DNA of 64,000 nt from Octopus vulgaris (GCA_951406725.2 OX597818.1:34782001-34846000); one strand, 5' to 3'; numbered from the stretch's first letter, positions 23,098 to 37,346 are shown. The notes: generated by a model from the letters alone, not told the origin. Numbers and translations are program-made.

Positions 23098-26000
23098 GTG
23101 AGTAATGTTCTTTATATTATACATATATCTAACTGTTTTTATTTGTTTGAAGCATTAGATTTTTTTTTAAAATGCCAAAATCAAACAATTAAATGTTTGA
23201 TGGCAGTACCTGTCTATCAGGAATGTAGTGTTCTCAATGCCAGATGGTATTTGTTTTTGATATCTAGATCAGAGACAAATTAAGGGTTCAGAGTCGGAGC
23301 CTTAACAGATTCCTGCTTGGACATCAAATTCATCATTCATCATTTAATGTCCACTCTCCATGCTGTCATGGGTTAGACAGTTTCACTGTCACGCAGTGTC
23401 ACGCAGTGGGATTGAACCCGGAACCATATGGTTGGTAAGCAAGCCACTTACCACATAGCCACTCCTACACCTGGTTGTGCAAAGATGCATATGATGGTCT
23501 CTGCTTGTATCGCTTACAGCTGATCCATCTGCTGCATTTAATTCAGTAAATCATAAGATTATGGATGACGTGTGCAATTACAATATTAATGGTTCTTGCT
23601 TGTGATGGTTTACTTCAGTTTTAACAAAATAAGAGCCATTAAACATGTCATGTGGAATATCATAAACCTTGGTACTAATTCTTATTGTTTGTAACGTATT
23701 CTTTGTTTTCATTCTTGATGTCAATTCAAGTGGTTTGCTTCACTACCACCTGCTTTCAGGTTCAGACCCACTGCATGGCACCTTGAGCAAATGTCTACTA
23801 TTATAGTTCTAGGATGAACAAAGCCGTGTGAGTAGATTTAGTAGGTGGAAACAGAAAGAAGCTTGTCATTCATATATCTGTGTGTGCATGTGTCTGCTTG
23901 TCTTGGCATCACAAGATAGTTATAAATGAGTGTTATCATTACACAAGTAGAATCCCTCGTTTCCAATCTTCCATGAAAATATTTCCAGCCATTGGGGAAT
24001 AAGTGAGGGTTAGCAACGGGAAGGGCATCCAGCTGTAGAAAATTTTCTTCAATGAAATTTGTCTGACCCATGCAAGTGAACATCAAAACAATGATAATAA
24101 TGATAAAGTGAGTGTATGTGTGTGTGTTTCTTTACATTTGCATATCTTGGACCTAGTGGTGCTGTCATTAAAGTAATCCACTGACTTTGTGTCTTCGACA
24201 GTGTGCGAAATAAGAGGTCCTCCCTTGAAAAACAAGTAAGGATTAATGACAGGAAAAGCATTCAGCTGTAAAACAACACATCAATAATACGTTTGTCTAA
24301 TTCATTATTAGCATAGAAAAACAAACATACAATATAAAGGAATACTAGGAAACCACATTGAAAGGGTTAGTTTTTTTTTTTGCATTGATTCTAGTATTTT
24401 GTTTAGTACTTATTTTATTGATCTTGGAAAGAGGAAAAGCAAAGTTGATCTGAGCAGGGATGTAATTAAATGCCACTAGGTGCATTGCTTGACACAATCA
24501 ATTCTGGCATCCATCCAGTTACAAACATACATACATATATCCAATAAAATTCTGTGAAATTTCCATCAGATTAAATTCACAAAACTTTGCTCACAAGGCT
24601 AATGTAAGAAGGCCCTTGTCCAAGGTCTTTTGCAGTTAGATCGAACCTAGAACCTTATGTTTGTTAGCGATCATAAACATATGGCCATACCTGCTCCTGT
24701 ATGTTCACTTTAATGCAACTATATAGTTCTCATTTGATTGTCTGTCAAAGAAAGAAAAATATGCAAACAAATTTCTGAAAGGAAAATAAGTTGTTGCCAT
24801 TTTATAATTAATTTCTGGTTTTCTGCCATCATTCTATGTCAAATTTTGAAAAATAAATTTTCAGAGATTTTATTACATTCCATTCAATTTAGTTTTCAAT
24901 TTCTCTTCTCTAATGATATCTCCTAACATCATTTTCCTTTCTATTTTACTACAAAATGTTTGTCTTAAAAGCTAATTCTTGTGATTTTCTAAATAACACA
25001 TCCATTGTTGTAACAATCTCTTGTGTATAGAATCTACTGAAATGGATGAAGAATTATATATTTAAAAGTTAACCATCTACATCTATGCAATGACAAAATA
25101 TTTAGAACAGTTTTATCTTTAGCCTAAACTGGAAAGAAAACACAAATGTACACACTGTTTTCTGAACATATTTTTTAAGAAACCATTTAAATATGGAAAC
25201 AAATGTTATATTGGAATAGCTTTTTATTTTGGGGAGGATCTGTTACAGTTTGTTCAACTGAAATTATACATGACATATGAATACATTTCTAGTGCATCAG
25301 ATAAAATGCTTTGTAACATTTCTTTCGGTACTTTACATTCTGTATTTAAATGCTGCCAAGGTCGACTTTACCGTTTGTCTTTTAAGGGATTGATAAAATA
25401 AGTACCAGTTGAACATAGGGTTGATGTAATTAACTTCTCCTTTCCTCAACATTGCTGGCCTTGTGCCAAAAATTAGAAAGAAGTATTAGTATATAGTCTG
25501 AAATTCTAATATCCTAAAGATTGTTGTTTACTACATTTCCTCACAGTATAGTATTTGGATATGATTAGAAGCACTTAGTTGTAAGTTGAAATGTAGATGA
25601 CACCTTGCGTGGTTGTTTATTCAAACCCTTATTTCACAACTGAGTTTGGGACTCTAGAGAAAATGCATGATTCTGTTTGCTCTTCACACTTACTTTCTGT
25701 TTGAGAGGTTAACAGTAGAATAGACATCCAGCTGTAAAAACAATTGTTCTGCGCAGTGTTCACCACATTGATCTTGTCAATTTTGAAAGTCTTGAGAAGC
25801 TCATGAGAACTGCCCCTAGTTCTTTGATTAATTCACAAAACTGACTCTTGGATACATCGTTGAGAATGTGTCCAAGTATGGCATCCCTAGAACTATTTAC
25901 AGTATGGAATATGTAGAACTATTCATAGGTAGTACTTGTAGAATTACTAACTGAACTGGCAGCTGGTAATAAATTTTTTTTATTTGAAACTTAATGGACA

Positions 26001-27009
26001 GAACAGTAATAATTGTCAAACAAAAAAAAATAATAATCTCTCAAAATTGTTGGAGTGCCAATCAACCAGCATCACCAAGAATGGGGGTTTGACAATCATT
26101 AGAGCATTGGAAAAAAATGTTGTTCTGACTCTTTTTATTCTGTGAACAAATTTTGGTTAAGTTTGCTTTTCATCTTTTGGGGCTTGATAACCCCCACTCC
26201 CTTAAAATTGCTGGTCCTGGGCCTAAATCAGAAACCATGATGCAGTAATTATGAGATCTTAATCACTCCTTTCTTATATTAAAAGTTTAGCAATTATACT
26301 TAACTCTATTCTAACCTTCTGCCTATTTCAGGCACTTCATTTACCAACATATTAGCTACTAATGTTAACAACTTTCATAAATTCCAATTTTGCAAATTAA
26401 AATGCGTTGTGTTTTGCTTCATATATTCATTAAATTATGAAATAATGTGACATTCATCCATATGAACTGTTTTACTTATTTCTATCAAGAGAATACTCAT
26501 TTTGCTGTTAAAATGTATGGTAACATGGAAACTGTTACAATTTGATTTAGTAATTAGCTTATTCCATTTGCCACATATATTTCATAAAAACTATAAAATA
26601 ATACAACTTGATATTAATAAAGGCAAGTGAGATTGTGTGTGTTTTTCTGTGTGTGTCTATGTGTGTACATATAAAGTTCCTTAGCAGACAACCTTTCTAG
26701 TGCTGGTGGCACGATGTATACAGTCAATCATTCTGTAAAATGGTAGGCATCCATCTTTAAAAAAAAAAAAAAGCAAAACTAAAAACCCCATGATAATCAT
26801 AGAATTCTTAAGACTCTAACTGTTTAATGAAAACTAAAATTTACCCATGGCAGTAAGTTAGCTAGGTGTGACTACCTTCTAACCACCTAACTATCATCAA
26901 ACAGTCCCGACAACTCTCTACCTTTCAGACACAGAATGTCAAGGTTGCCACCATTCATGTTAGTGCAATAAACGGTAAAACCAAATAGATTGTAGTAAAG
27001 CGCAAACAA

Positions 27010-28356
27010 CTATCCTTAATATTTGTTGACATAGAGAAGACCTTTCACAGGTTTCCGTGCAAACTAGGGATGCAGGGACAGCATGTGAGAGCCATGCAAG
27101 CTATGTGCAGGGCTGCTGTTTGTAAAGTGATGCTTAACCTTTTAGCATTTAAACTGGTCATGTCTGGCCCAAATATTCTACCTGTTTTATGTTCAAACTG
27201 GCCAGATCTAGCCTCTCTTACCTACCCTACAATGTCTTTGTAAAACTAAATGGTCATATTGAAATCTTGAAGCCACAAGATAATGCATGATTAATCAAAA
27301 CAACGTGAATAAATAAGCATTACATTTGACGGAGTAATATGAATGAATGCTAAAAGCTTAATAATGAATTTATCGAATAGTAAGGTGTCCATTAGGGCCT
27401 GACTTACCACTCCCTCATATGTGTTGTTGTTGTGTATGCTGTAGCAGGAACTAAAGACTGGTTGTCTATGGGAACTCCTTCATGCTGACAATCTTGTCCT
27501 GATAACTGAACAAGTTGAAGGATTAGAGATATAGTTACTGACGTGGAAGCATGGCCTAAAATCAAGAGGCCTAAAACAGGTTGGCAGAAATGAATGTTTT
27601 AGTTTGCAGCCAAGGAAACAGAACACTACTACCAACTGGGAAGTGGTTATGATCTATATGCAAAAAGGGACTAAGTAGGGACTCCATTCTGCTTACCTGA
27701 TGCAAACGAGTGCACAAAAACCATAGTGGGATTTCAGGCAAGTTGATAAAGAAGGATTTCATATGTAAAAGATTTAGGAGGGTAACTAGCAATAAAAGCA
27801 CCCAAGAATTCTAACATCTCAATAACACAAAGGTTTATTAGAAGTAGCTGATACCTTCTGTTATATAGGTGATCTAATCAGTATTGGAGTAGATACAGTG
27901 AAAACATAGTATCTAGAGTTAGGTTGGATTGAGAAAGTTCTGGGTACTATGGACCTTTGTTCATAACAAAAGGCTTCTAGACTGTATAATGCTTGTGTTT
28001 GCCATATTGTATTGCATGCTAACAAAACTTATGGGATATGTGAAGAAATGAGGTAAGCGCACTCCTCTAGATGTACAAATGTCAACAGGTTTAAATGTTT
28101 AGAGTACAAGTGTGCTGAGGGAAAAGTTGGTTATCTGAATTATTTGCTGTAGTTGTAGTGTTCTGTGATGGCAAAGGTATTTGGTGTGTGTGAAGAACGA
28201 TTGTTGGGTGAAAGAGTGCCATATGCTGCTGGTAAAAGGAGCTTGTGGAAGACGACTGGAAAAAGACATGAGTAGAAGTGGTGAGGGCACAGGAGATGAC
28301 AAAGGACCTCACAAATGGGGACATACTGAAATTGACTTACCCATCACACATTTACA
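27010..28356 (+). mobile_element. RTE LINE RT/3' fragment, interrupted by a TTAA MITE
   Basis: FVDIEKTFHRFP, WELLHADNLVLI (YADD region) and NDCWVKECHMLLVKGACGR remnants. Confidence 0.8.
27138..27357. mobile_element. piggyBac-type MITE (second family) nested in an RTE relic
   Basis: TTAA|CCTTTTAGCATT...AATGCTAAAAGC|TTAA. Confidence 0.8.
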
Positions 28357-28522
28357 GGAAGTAACACAAACAACAATTTTTATTATTATTATAATTACCA
28401 ACTGAGTATTGGGGTTGCTGTAATCAACTTTACCCTTTCCTCTAAAGTTAGTGGCCTTGAACTAAATTTAAAACTATTATTATTACAATGATGGTACATA
28501 GACACACACTACTGTGTGTGGG

Positions 28523-28554
<32 letters not shown>

Positions 28555-28614
28555 TTCATTTTTGAATTTGGTTTGCAAGATTCTTTATATGGATTCGTGT
28601 GTTGAAGCTTATTT

Positions 28615-29080
28615 TGTTGTGTCTGGGGACAGTCATTCTTTTTTAGTGCCTTATTATTTAACACACTCACCTGTTCAGTTTCCACTCATTTATTTATCTT
28701 TTCTAGAATTTTCTTTGCATCTTGCAACTTTTTCAGTAGTCATTGACTCTGTCCATTATCTGAGCTGTAATTTTTGTATGTTTGTGTGCATGTGTGTAGG
28801 TCAGTGTGCATGCGCATACACATATGTATGTATGCATGTATGTGTGTGTGTGTATGCATATATATATATATGTATGCATGCGTTTACGTTTGTATGTATG
28901 TATTCTGCATATTCATGTGTTTGTGTTTTTGTTTGCGTGTGTGTGTGTACCTCTGTCTCTTTGTGTGTGCATGTCTGAATGTGTGTGTGTGTGTCACACA
29001 CACATATGCAAACACACAAACACATGAATTTGCAGAATACATACATACATACACGCATATATAGATATGCATACACACAT

Positions 29081-29111
<31 letters not shown>

Positions 29112-29332
29112 CACATACTTACATATGTGTATGCACACGTATACTAACTCAAACACATGTACACAAACAAAAAGAACGCAGCTTGGATAATGGACAGAGT
29201 CAATGACTATTGAAAAGGTTGCAAGATGCATTGGAAATTTTTAGGAAAAATAAATAAGTAAATGAGTGGAAACTGAACCAGTGTGTGTGTTAATTAATAA
29301 GGTATTAAAGAAAATTACTCCTCCCAGATACA

Positions 29333-29335
<3 letters not shown>
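28615..29335. repeat. Long imperfect inverted repeat (arms ~330 bp, spacer ~50 bp)
   Basis: For example tgcatcttgcaactttttcagtagtcattgactctgtccattatc (~28716-28760) versus gataatggacagagtcaatgactattgaaaaggttgcaagatgca (~29186-29230). Confidence 0.9.
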
Positions 29336-29382
<47 letters not shown>

Positions 29383-30584
29383 CATCATCATCATCGTTTA
29401 ACATCCGTTTTCCATGCTAGCATGGGTTGGATGATTTGACTGGGGTCTGGAAAGCCAGGAGGCTGCACCAGGCTCCAGTCTGATATATATATATATCTGA
29501 ATTATTTGGTGTAGTTGTAGTGTTCTGTGATGGCAAAGATATTTGGTGTGTGTGAAGAACGATTGTTGGGTGAAAGAGTGCCATATGCTGCTGGTAAAAG
29601 GAGCTTGTGGAATACGACTGGAAAAAGATATGAGTAGAAGTAGTGAGGGCACAGGAGACGACAAAGGACCTCACAAATGGAGACATACTGAAATTGACTT
29701 ACCCATCACACATTTACACATATATATATATATATATATGAGGGAGAGAGAGAAAATGATATTCATATATTTACGAAACTAAGTGTCCTGTATAGTTATG
29801 GGTTTGTGAAAATATAAAAAATCAATGAATCTTTTCATTCTCCCAATAGACATTTCCCTTAAAGTTACCAGCTAGACTGATTTAAACATTAATAATTGTA
29901 TTCTGAAGTTGACATGTTAGCAGGTTATTAATATTTTAGCAATGCAATGCATTTGTGCTCATTAATATAGAAATAGTTTGATGTATCTCATATCAGCAGT
30001 TTATTACATTACAGATAATAAATAGCATTTTATTGCTCTGGCTTGTTAGCAATTTGTTGTTTTTATATTTTCTACAATCTGTGATAATATCCTCGTTATT
30101 CAAAACTGCAAATGTGGAAATATTGTATACAGTAAAAATAAAATTTGGTATTGAATTTTTTTTCAACTCTTTGTAATTGAAAGTTAAATTCAAGCTAAGA
30201 TATCTTAGTGAAAGTATTGGGAAATATACTTCAAGTTTTCATTGTATTGAGCAAAACCAGTTTTCTTAGCTTTTGTTTCCACTGTTAATGACAAGCAATT
30301 TAATCTTCACTATTTTGAATTTTCGAGGTTTTTTATTGTTGTTTGATTTTTGACCAGTCTTCCTAATTTCAAAATTTTCCATAATTCTTCATGATGTTAT
30401 GCCATGAAAGCCAGTCATCAGCCCACAGAACTTCCCAAGAACATCCAGGCCTGATCTGTGTCGTTACTATATCATTACTTTCATGATAATGGCAAAAGAA
30501 AAGGGCTGTGGACATAACTCTGATAGTCATTCACTTGGACTCTGCTTATCAGTGTGTTTTAATTATCATTCTACATAATGTTGG

Positions 30585-31160
30585 TTGATCTGTTAGAAAT
30601 AGCAGCCTCATCTCCCTCAGATTCTGCCTCACCATCTTAAAACTTTAGTGGATAAACAAGTCCTAGGTCTACTACGTTTGAATAAAAGACAATGATCATT
30701 GCTTGTATCCCTTTCATTATAGGTCTGCTCAGTTAGAGATGATAGAGCAAAAACACAACTTCTGATTTATTATCATGAGTCATTCCACAATACCCACCAA
30801 TTTTATTGTTCAATGACTGCTGTGTGTTGAATCTTCTTTGTTTTTTGCTAAGAACTTGCAGGTTTCTTAGCAGAAATATAGTATCAAAAATGAATGTTCT
30901 AATAGAAATCATATCTATACTACTTAATCTAAATACATCTTGCTCTTGAATCAGCATAAGATCCTCTCTATGACCACTTGATTTGCTAGAAATAGTAGCC
31001 AAATCTTCCATAAATCATGCCCTGTCTCTAAAAATGAATGCTACGTTGGCTAATGCATTCAAGGATATACCATGCCCTCAAAAAGGTGGGTTGGTCACAG
31101 CTGGAATGCTTTTGATTATAGGTCTGTCGTGTTAAAACTGACTTAGAGCTAAACCACAGT
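30585..31160. repeat. Two copies of an unclassified interspersed repeat
   Basis: Motif gaYctgctagaaatagcagccaaatct...ttataggtctg at ~30590 and ~30980, also at ~38360, ~60120 and inverted at ~37575, ~37760 and ~59530. Confidence 0.6.
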
Positions 31161-31595
31161 AACATTTTGTGCTAACTTTGCAGTTATTCTTTTTAACTTT
31201 TTCTTAATCTGATACTTTATCTTGAGATTATTGTAACTTTCCTTTATTATTGCATTTTCCTTTTAATTTTGTCTTCTTTTTTTCTTCTGATACTGGTGTT
31301 TCTGTATATATCATCAGAGATAACATGTTCTTTTTAACTATAGAAATATTGACTCATCTTAATGCTTTTAACTGTTGCTATATCTGTCACAGATTAATAG
31401 AGCTATTTTGCATATTACCTAATATTATCTGCTTAGATAATCTGTATTGATGATTGATGACAATTAAACAGGATAACTACCCTAGTTGAGATAATCCACA
31501 CAATCTATTAACTCTTTTTAAGATTATGAAACTACATTTTCAAATGTGGCTTCATAATCTTAAAATGCATCATGTTCGTAGAACATTGTAACTTG

Positions 31596-31640
<45 letters not shown>

Positions 31641-32171
31641 TAAAGATGCATACTTATCATTATCATCATCATCATCATCAATATGTTCATTTTCCATGCT
31701 AGCATGGGTTGGACTGTTTGACAGGGGCTGGCTAGATAGTAGACTGCTGTAGGTTTACACTGTTTTGGCAGGGTTTCTATGGCTGATGCATTTCCTAACA
31801 GCAACTCCTTATATATATATATGACACCATTAGTTCTCTCAACTCTTTTTTTTTTTTAATCAAAATGTTTTATTCTGTTCAAATCTAACCAACCTTGATC
31901 AGAGTCATGAGAAAAGTAGACTTTAAAATGTTGGAAAAGTAGTTTTTGCTTGCTCTCATTTGGCCATCCATAATTTGAGTAAACAAAATGATGTGGCTAT
32001 CCTCTGAATGTGGATACTAAATGGAGTGACACAGAATTTAGAGCTAATGATTTTTGAATTTTAGATTGGAAAGAGACACATGTTATTTTACATTAGAACT
32101 TAGAACCATAAATACACAATTAGCTTATTGAGTTGCATATAATTTATACTGCATGCTTTTGTTTATTTCAG

Positions 32172-32348
32172 TTAACTATTCCATGCAAGGAAATATGTGC
32201 TATTACCAAAGAGAAAACTGCCCGAGTGATACCAAATGCTATACAAATTGCTACAGAAAAAGACAAATATTTTTTCACCTCGTTTGGGACTCGAGACAAA
32301 ACTTTTATGATGTTGTTCAGGATTTGGCAAAATGCCCTGATGGATCAG
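32172..32348 (+). CDS. GRAMD1: GRAMD1/Aster-family gene, internal coding exon (C-terminal half of GRAM domain)
   Basis: Acceptor tttatttcag| and donor CAG|gtaaat; 177 bp, phase 0-0, in frame with the previous exon. Translates LTIPCKEICAITKEKTARVIPNAIQIATEKDKYFFTSFGTRDKTFMMLFRIWQNALMDQ (family motifs KEKTARLIPNAIQ, FFTSF, WQNAL). Confidence 0.97.
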
Positions 32349-33261
32349 GTAAATATTTTGTGCATATTGAAAATCTTCACTTTGTGTGATATTTTTGTGC
32401 TGAAGTTTTTTTTTCTATATAATAGATATTAAAATATCTAATTGTCTGGTATATGGCATTTCCATTGAAAAATCTCTTTTGTAGCATTGAACAGATCCTT
32501 TGGTCTCATTATTTGTACTGAATTAATTAATGATAAAGCACTACAACTTGTTAACGAAGGGGACAGAAAGCAGTTGAAGAAAGATGGCAATAAGAGCTAG
32601 AATTACATGCACAATACACAGAGAGGCTGCAAAATGAACAGTAAAAGAGCCACAAAGAGGAAAGTGTTCATAGGCAAGTCAGAAATAGTGGTGAATTTCA
32701 GGAAGCATGGAAATTTTGAAGGATGCAGTGTCCTGACTGCTACCAACCGATGTAGGAAATGACAGAGAACATTAGAGTGCTGGAGTAAATGCTTTGCAGT
32801 TATGTCTCTTCTATTCTGATTTCAAAACATGCCAGTGTTGAATTTGTTTCCATTTCTCCAGATTCAATAGAATTATAATTAATGTACTGGAGTCAATTTA
32901 ATTAACTTGATTCCCTTTCACTAAAGTTTTGGTCTCATGCTAAAAGTTAAGAAGTCAATATAATTTTTAAAAGGTAGTAATTGATTTAGAACAATGATAA
33001 AAGCTTCTTACAGGCTAAACAAAAAAGGTAAGGTTGAAGGCAAAACAAAGAATTTCCATCTTTGAGTAATTTAACTTTGCTAATATCCTTCAGTAGTTGA
33101 ATTGTTTCTTAAATTTGTGAAGTTGTTTGATGCTTATATATAAAGTGTGATGTTACATGGTAACAGAATACAAACATTAAATGCAGAGAATGTATGAAGG
33201 CTGGAGATGAATGAAACAAAATATGCTCCCCTAAGTGTATTAATATTCATGAACAACATGT

Positions 33262-33651
33262 AGGCATAGGAGTGGCTGTGTGGTAAGTAGCTTGCTTACG
33301 AACCACATGGTTCCGGGTTCAGTCCCACTGCATGGCACATTGGGCAAGTGTCTTCTACTATAGCCTCTGGCCGACCAAAGCCTTGGGAGTGGATTTGGTA
33401 GATGGAAACTGAAAGAAGCCCATCGTATATATGTGTGTGTATATGTTTGTGTGTCTGTGTTTGTCCCCCCAACATCGTTTGATGACCGATGCTGGTGTGT
33501 TTACGTCCCCGTACCTTAGTGGTTCGGCAAAAGAGACTGATGGAATAAGTACTAGGCTTACAAAGAATAAGTCCTGGGGGTTGATTTGCTCGACTAAAGG
33601 ATGTGCTCCAGCATGGCCACAGTCACATGACTGAAACAAGTAAAAGAGTAA
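33262..33651 (+). mobile_element. tRNA-derived CORE-like SINE, full length
   Basis: A box tggctgtgtggtaag, B box ggttcagtcc, CORE-like ttgggcaagtgtcttct, internal (TA)/(TG) tract and an agtaaaagagtaa tail. Partial copies lie at about 4307-4555, 15382-15560, 23390-23470, 23725-23900, 24540-24700, 42545-42720 and 50355-50505. Confidence 0.85.
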
Positions 33652-34589
33652 TAGAGCACATTTGAGCTTAGAGAATTGGATGGTGGAGAAAGTGGTTCAA
33701 ATGTGCTATAGAGAAGACTGTGTTGGTATGGATGCATAATTCATGTGAAGGTCAGTAGTTGGTTAAAGAAATGCCAAATGACCCAAGTAGAAGAAACTTG
33801 CAGTAGAGGAGGACAAAGAAAGACATAGACAGAAGTGGTAAATGCAGATCACAAAGTAGTCAACAAAGGACAGCAAAATTTGGCAAGTTACTGTGTTTCT
33901 GAAGAATACCCATCAAAATCATGCAACATTGAAAAAATACATGCGGAAGATACAATGCAAATTTCTCCTTTTTTGGGGTTGATCTAATTGACTGACCCCC
34001 TCCTCCAAAATTTCGAGCCCTGTGCCTAGAGTAGAAAAGATTACTTAATGTTTAATTAGTGATTCTCTTTTTTATTTTAAGATTTTTTTGAGATTTAGTT
34101 TGAATTAGAAGATAATTGTATGACCACTTTAAATCTGTCTCTGATTCTGGTGTAAACAAAGTTGTTGCCCTTGATAGCAACAAAACTACTCTCAAGCTGA
34201 GATGAAATGTTAAGATGCAATGAAGTTAATGAACTTGAATCATCATCATCGTCGTTTTAACGTCGGCTTTCCATGCTGGCATGGAAAGGATCAACTTTTG
34301 ATTTATATATATATATATACATACAATTTCTTGATGATAGCAAACTGGTTGAAGAGATGCTATTTTGTAGAAGCCTTGCAATGATGATTAAATACAAGGA
34401 TTCTTTAAAGTTGATGAATGATAAAATAAATGCAGTAATGTCAGAAGTCATTGCATGTGTCAATGACATTTAAAGGAAGTGTCAATTAGGTAAAGAGAGT
34501 GATAACAGATATTGTTAGTTATTACTGCATTGTACCGTCTGCAGGTTGTCTAAAGGAAATTGCTTGCATCATTTTATGCAACTATATGT

Positions 34590-34910
34590 CTCTGCACATG
34601 GTTCAGTGGTTAGAGCATTGGGCTCACAATCATGAAGTAGTGAGTTCAATTCCTGGACCAGGCTGTGTTCTCAAGCAAGACACTTTATTTCACATTGCTC
34701 CAGTTCACTCAGCTTTAGAAATGATTTGCGACATCACTGGTGCCAAGCTGTAGCGGCCCTTGCTTTTCCTTTGGATAACATTGGTGGATTGGAGAGGGGA
34801 GGCTGGTATGCATGGGCGACTACCTTTCCCAGACATGTGCCTTGAAGGGTAACTTTCTAGGTGCAATCCTATGGTCATTCATGACTGAAGGGGCTTTTTA
34901 CTCTTTTACC
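34590..34910 (+). mobile_element. tRNA-derived SINE (CORE-like, fourth variant)
   Basis: tggttcagtggttagagc (A box), gagttcaattcc (B box), then tcaagcaagacactttatttcacattgctccagttcactcagc. Confidence 0.7.
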
Positions 34911-35788
34911 CTATATCTCTAAACTTGATTTTCCTCATCGTAAATCAGTAATTCAATCATTTGCTACAGACCAATCTAAATTTCTTGTCAGGTACTTCGT
35001 ATTTTTGGTAGCACTGTGTTCTCTGTAAAAATCTGCAAATATCCTTTTCTATTCTAGGCACAAGGCCCGAAATTTTTGGGGAGGTGGTGGTGGTGGGGGA
35101 CTAGTTGATCAGATCAACTGCAGTATGTTATCGACCCCAAAAGGATGAAAGGTAAAGTCGACCTTGGTGGAATTTGAACTCAGAACGTAATTGGGAAACC
35201 ACTGCTAGATGCCTAGAGGAAAATTCTGTGATTCACAGAAATGCTTTCTTTGCTCTGCTTAGTGGTTCAATACAATAACTTTCTTCACTTTGTTTGGCTA
35301 TCACAGTTTTGTGAAATATCAGATGATTTGTTGTCTTAATCTGTAATCACCTGTTTCAACTGAACTTAAGATGTCCTTCAATAACCAATTTGCTGATTTG
35401 GCTAATCTTACCTTTTTGGTGTGGTCTCATTGTTGTAGAAGCTGAGTTTTGAAATGATGAGTCTATCAAAGTGCTGCTTCCTATGCTCCATCAATGAAAA
35501 CCTTCAAAATAATATTATACTGACACATGTTTTCCACTCAAAAGTTTTAAATCTTCTCATTCATAGTTACTAATATTTCTCTGGAATCAACTCATTGTCT
35601 TCCTGTCTCAGGAAATGCTTAAATCTTTTATAAATAAGGTCTGCATGAAAATACCCTGTTTTTGTTTCCACAAGAAGCAGAGGATAAACATTATATTGTA
35701 GTGTGTAATATTTTGTTATATAATGCAATTATATTAATTATGTAAATATAAATATTAATTATATATATGTGTGTACTTCTACTTGTAG

Positions 35789-35944
35789 CCAATGACACCG
35801 CAAGAGCAATGGCATTGGGTTCACATCAGCTACGGAGAAGAACTTGGATTAACTTCTAGTGATGATGATTATGTTCCTCCTCCTGGTCTTGATTATTTGA
35901 GAGACCGACATATTACCAAAGAAGATGGCAGTATAGCTGGAAAG
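35789..35944 (+). CDS. GRAMD1: GRAMD1/Aster-family gene, internal coding exon following the GRAM domain (not in the ORF track)
   Basis: Acceptor cttctacttgtag| and donor AAG|gtaaat; 156 bp, phase 0-0. Translates PMTPQEQWHWVHISYGEELGLTSSDDDYVPPPGLDYLRDRHITKEDGSIAGK, matching the conserved LWHFVHQCYGNELGLTSDDEDYVPP segment of GRAMD1 proteins. Confidence 0.95.
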
Positions 35945-37051
35945 GTAAATCAATGTTATTCATAGTCTCTACATGTTTACAACATGTACATGTTTATATT
36001 GTATTTTTGTTTTCTATTGTATTGCAGTAGTCTTTTGTGGCAAATGAAGGGCATTTGCTAGCAGAGCTATATGTCTTTTGCTATTGGAAAAAATGTAATG
36101 TAGTATTTTTTTTTTAGTTTCTCTCTATTTTCTGAGTTTAAATCATGTTGAAGGTGACTTCTTTTCATCTGTTCAGAGTTGATAAAATATTTACCAAATT
36201 TTTCACAGAATCGATTCAGATACTGCTTTTCTTTCAAATTTGTAGTTATTATTAAAATGTAAGAAATTGTACCATTTTGTTATTATTATGGATTAGCAGT
36301 ACTGTAAGAGTGTCAGACAAAAATGTCTTGCGGTACTTCTTATGGTTCTTTACATCTCAGTTATAATCCCATTAAGGTCAGTTTTACCTTTCATCCTTTT
36401 GTGGGGCTGAAAAAATACCAAACTACAATTGATATAACTGACTAGCAATTTTAGTAGCCTCTGTCGAATACAAATATTATTTAAAAATTATAATTATTAG
36501 TTAGTTGGTTCAAATGAGCAATTTAATGAGAGTGGTGGTTGCATGCTGAATAAAAGTAATATAGTGCTGTAAGTAAATTGTAGCTTAAGAAAGGTAAACT
36601 TAGAAAGATTTGTGATGAGGAAATAAAATTAGATGCAGGAAAGTCAGGCTTTCTTGTTAAAATTGCTAAGAATAATAACCAATTGCGATAAGGTGTTTTT
36701 TTTTCCTCTCCAGATTGGGAAATGAATGTTAAATAGGTAATGATAATGGGATCTGTTACATGAGAGAATTTTTTGTGGGAATTTTTTTTCCATTTATTTA
36801 TATTGCTTCAAAATTTTCTGAAACTTTTCAGTCCATTGTTTCATTGGGTAAGAGACATTCTCTGAGATAGGTTAAGGTTCCACATGTTCATTAGTTCACA
36901 CCCTGCCACTTCAGCTAATGTTTGTTTCTGAATTTAACTCATATTCAACATTGCTAATTTAATTGTTGCTTAGATGCAGAACTGCACTAACTCTCTTGAC
37001 CTATGATCAAAGGTTTTCCAGCCTTGATAATTCAGTTCTGTTGTTTTTTCC

Positions 37052-37346
37052 TTCTCGAGCCATGCCTGGCTCATAAGGGCCAGTTTCCCGGTTTCATTGG
37101 CGTATAGGTTCCCCACCTGGACAGGACGCCGGTCCATTGCAGGTGAGCTGCTAGATGCAGGAAGAAAGAGTGAGAGAAAATTGTGGTGAAAGAGTCAGCA
37201 GAAGTTTGCCATTATCTTCTGCCAGAGCCGTGTGGAGCTTAGGTGTTTTTGCTCATAAACACACAGATCGCCTGATCTGAGATTCGAACCTGCAATCTCC
37301 CAACTATAAGTCCGCTGCTCTAGCTACTAGGCCATGTGCCTCCACA
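37052..37346 (-). mobile_element. tRNA-derived SINE (third family)
   Basis: Minus-strand head ggcacatggcctagtagctagagcagcggac...gcaggttcgaatc has A and B boxes but continues into a non-tRNA body. Confidence 0.75.

Noticed and set aside
37270-37346. Possible tRNA gene (also the heads at 33265 and 34595)
   Set aside because: A and B boxes are present but there is no complete cloverleaf, and each continues into a SINE body.
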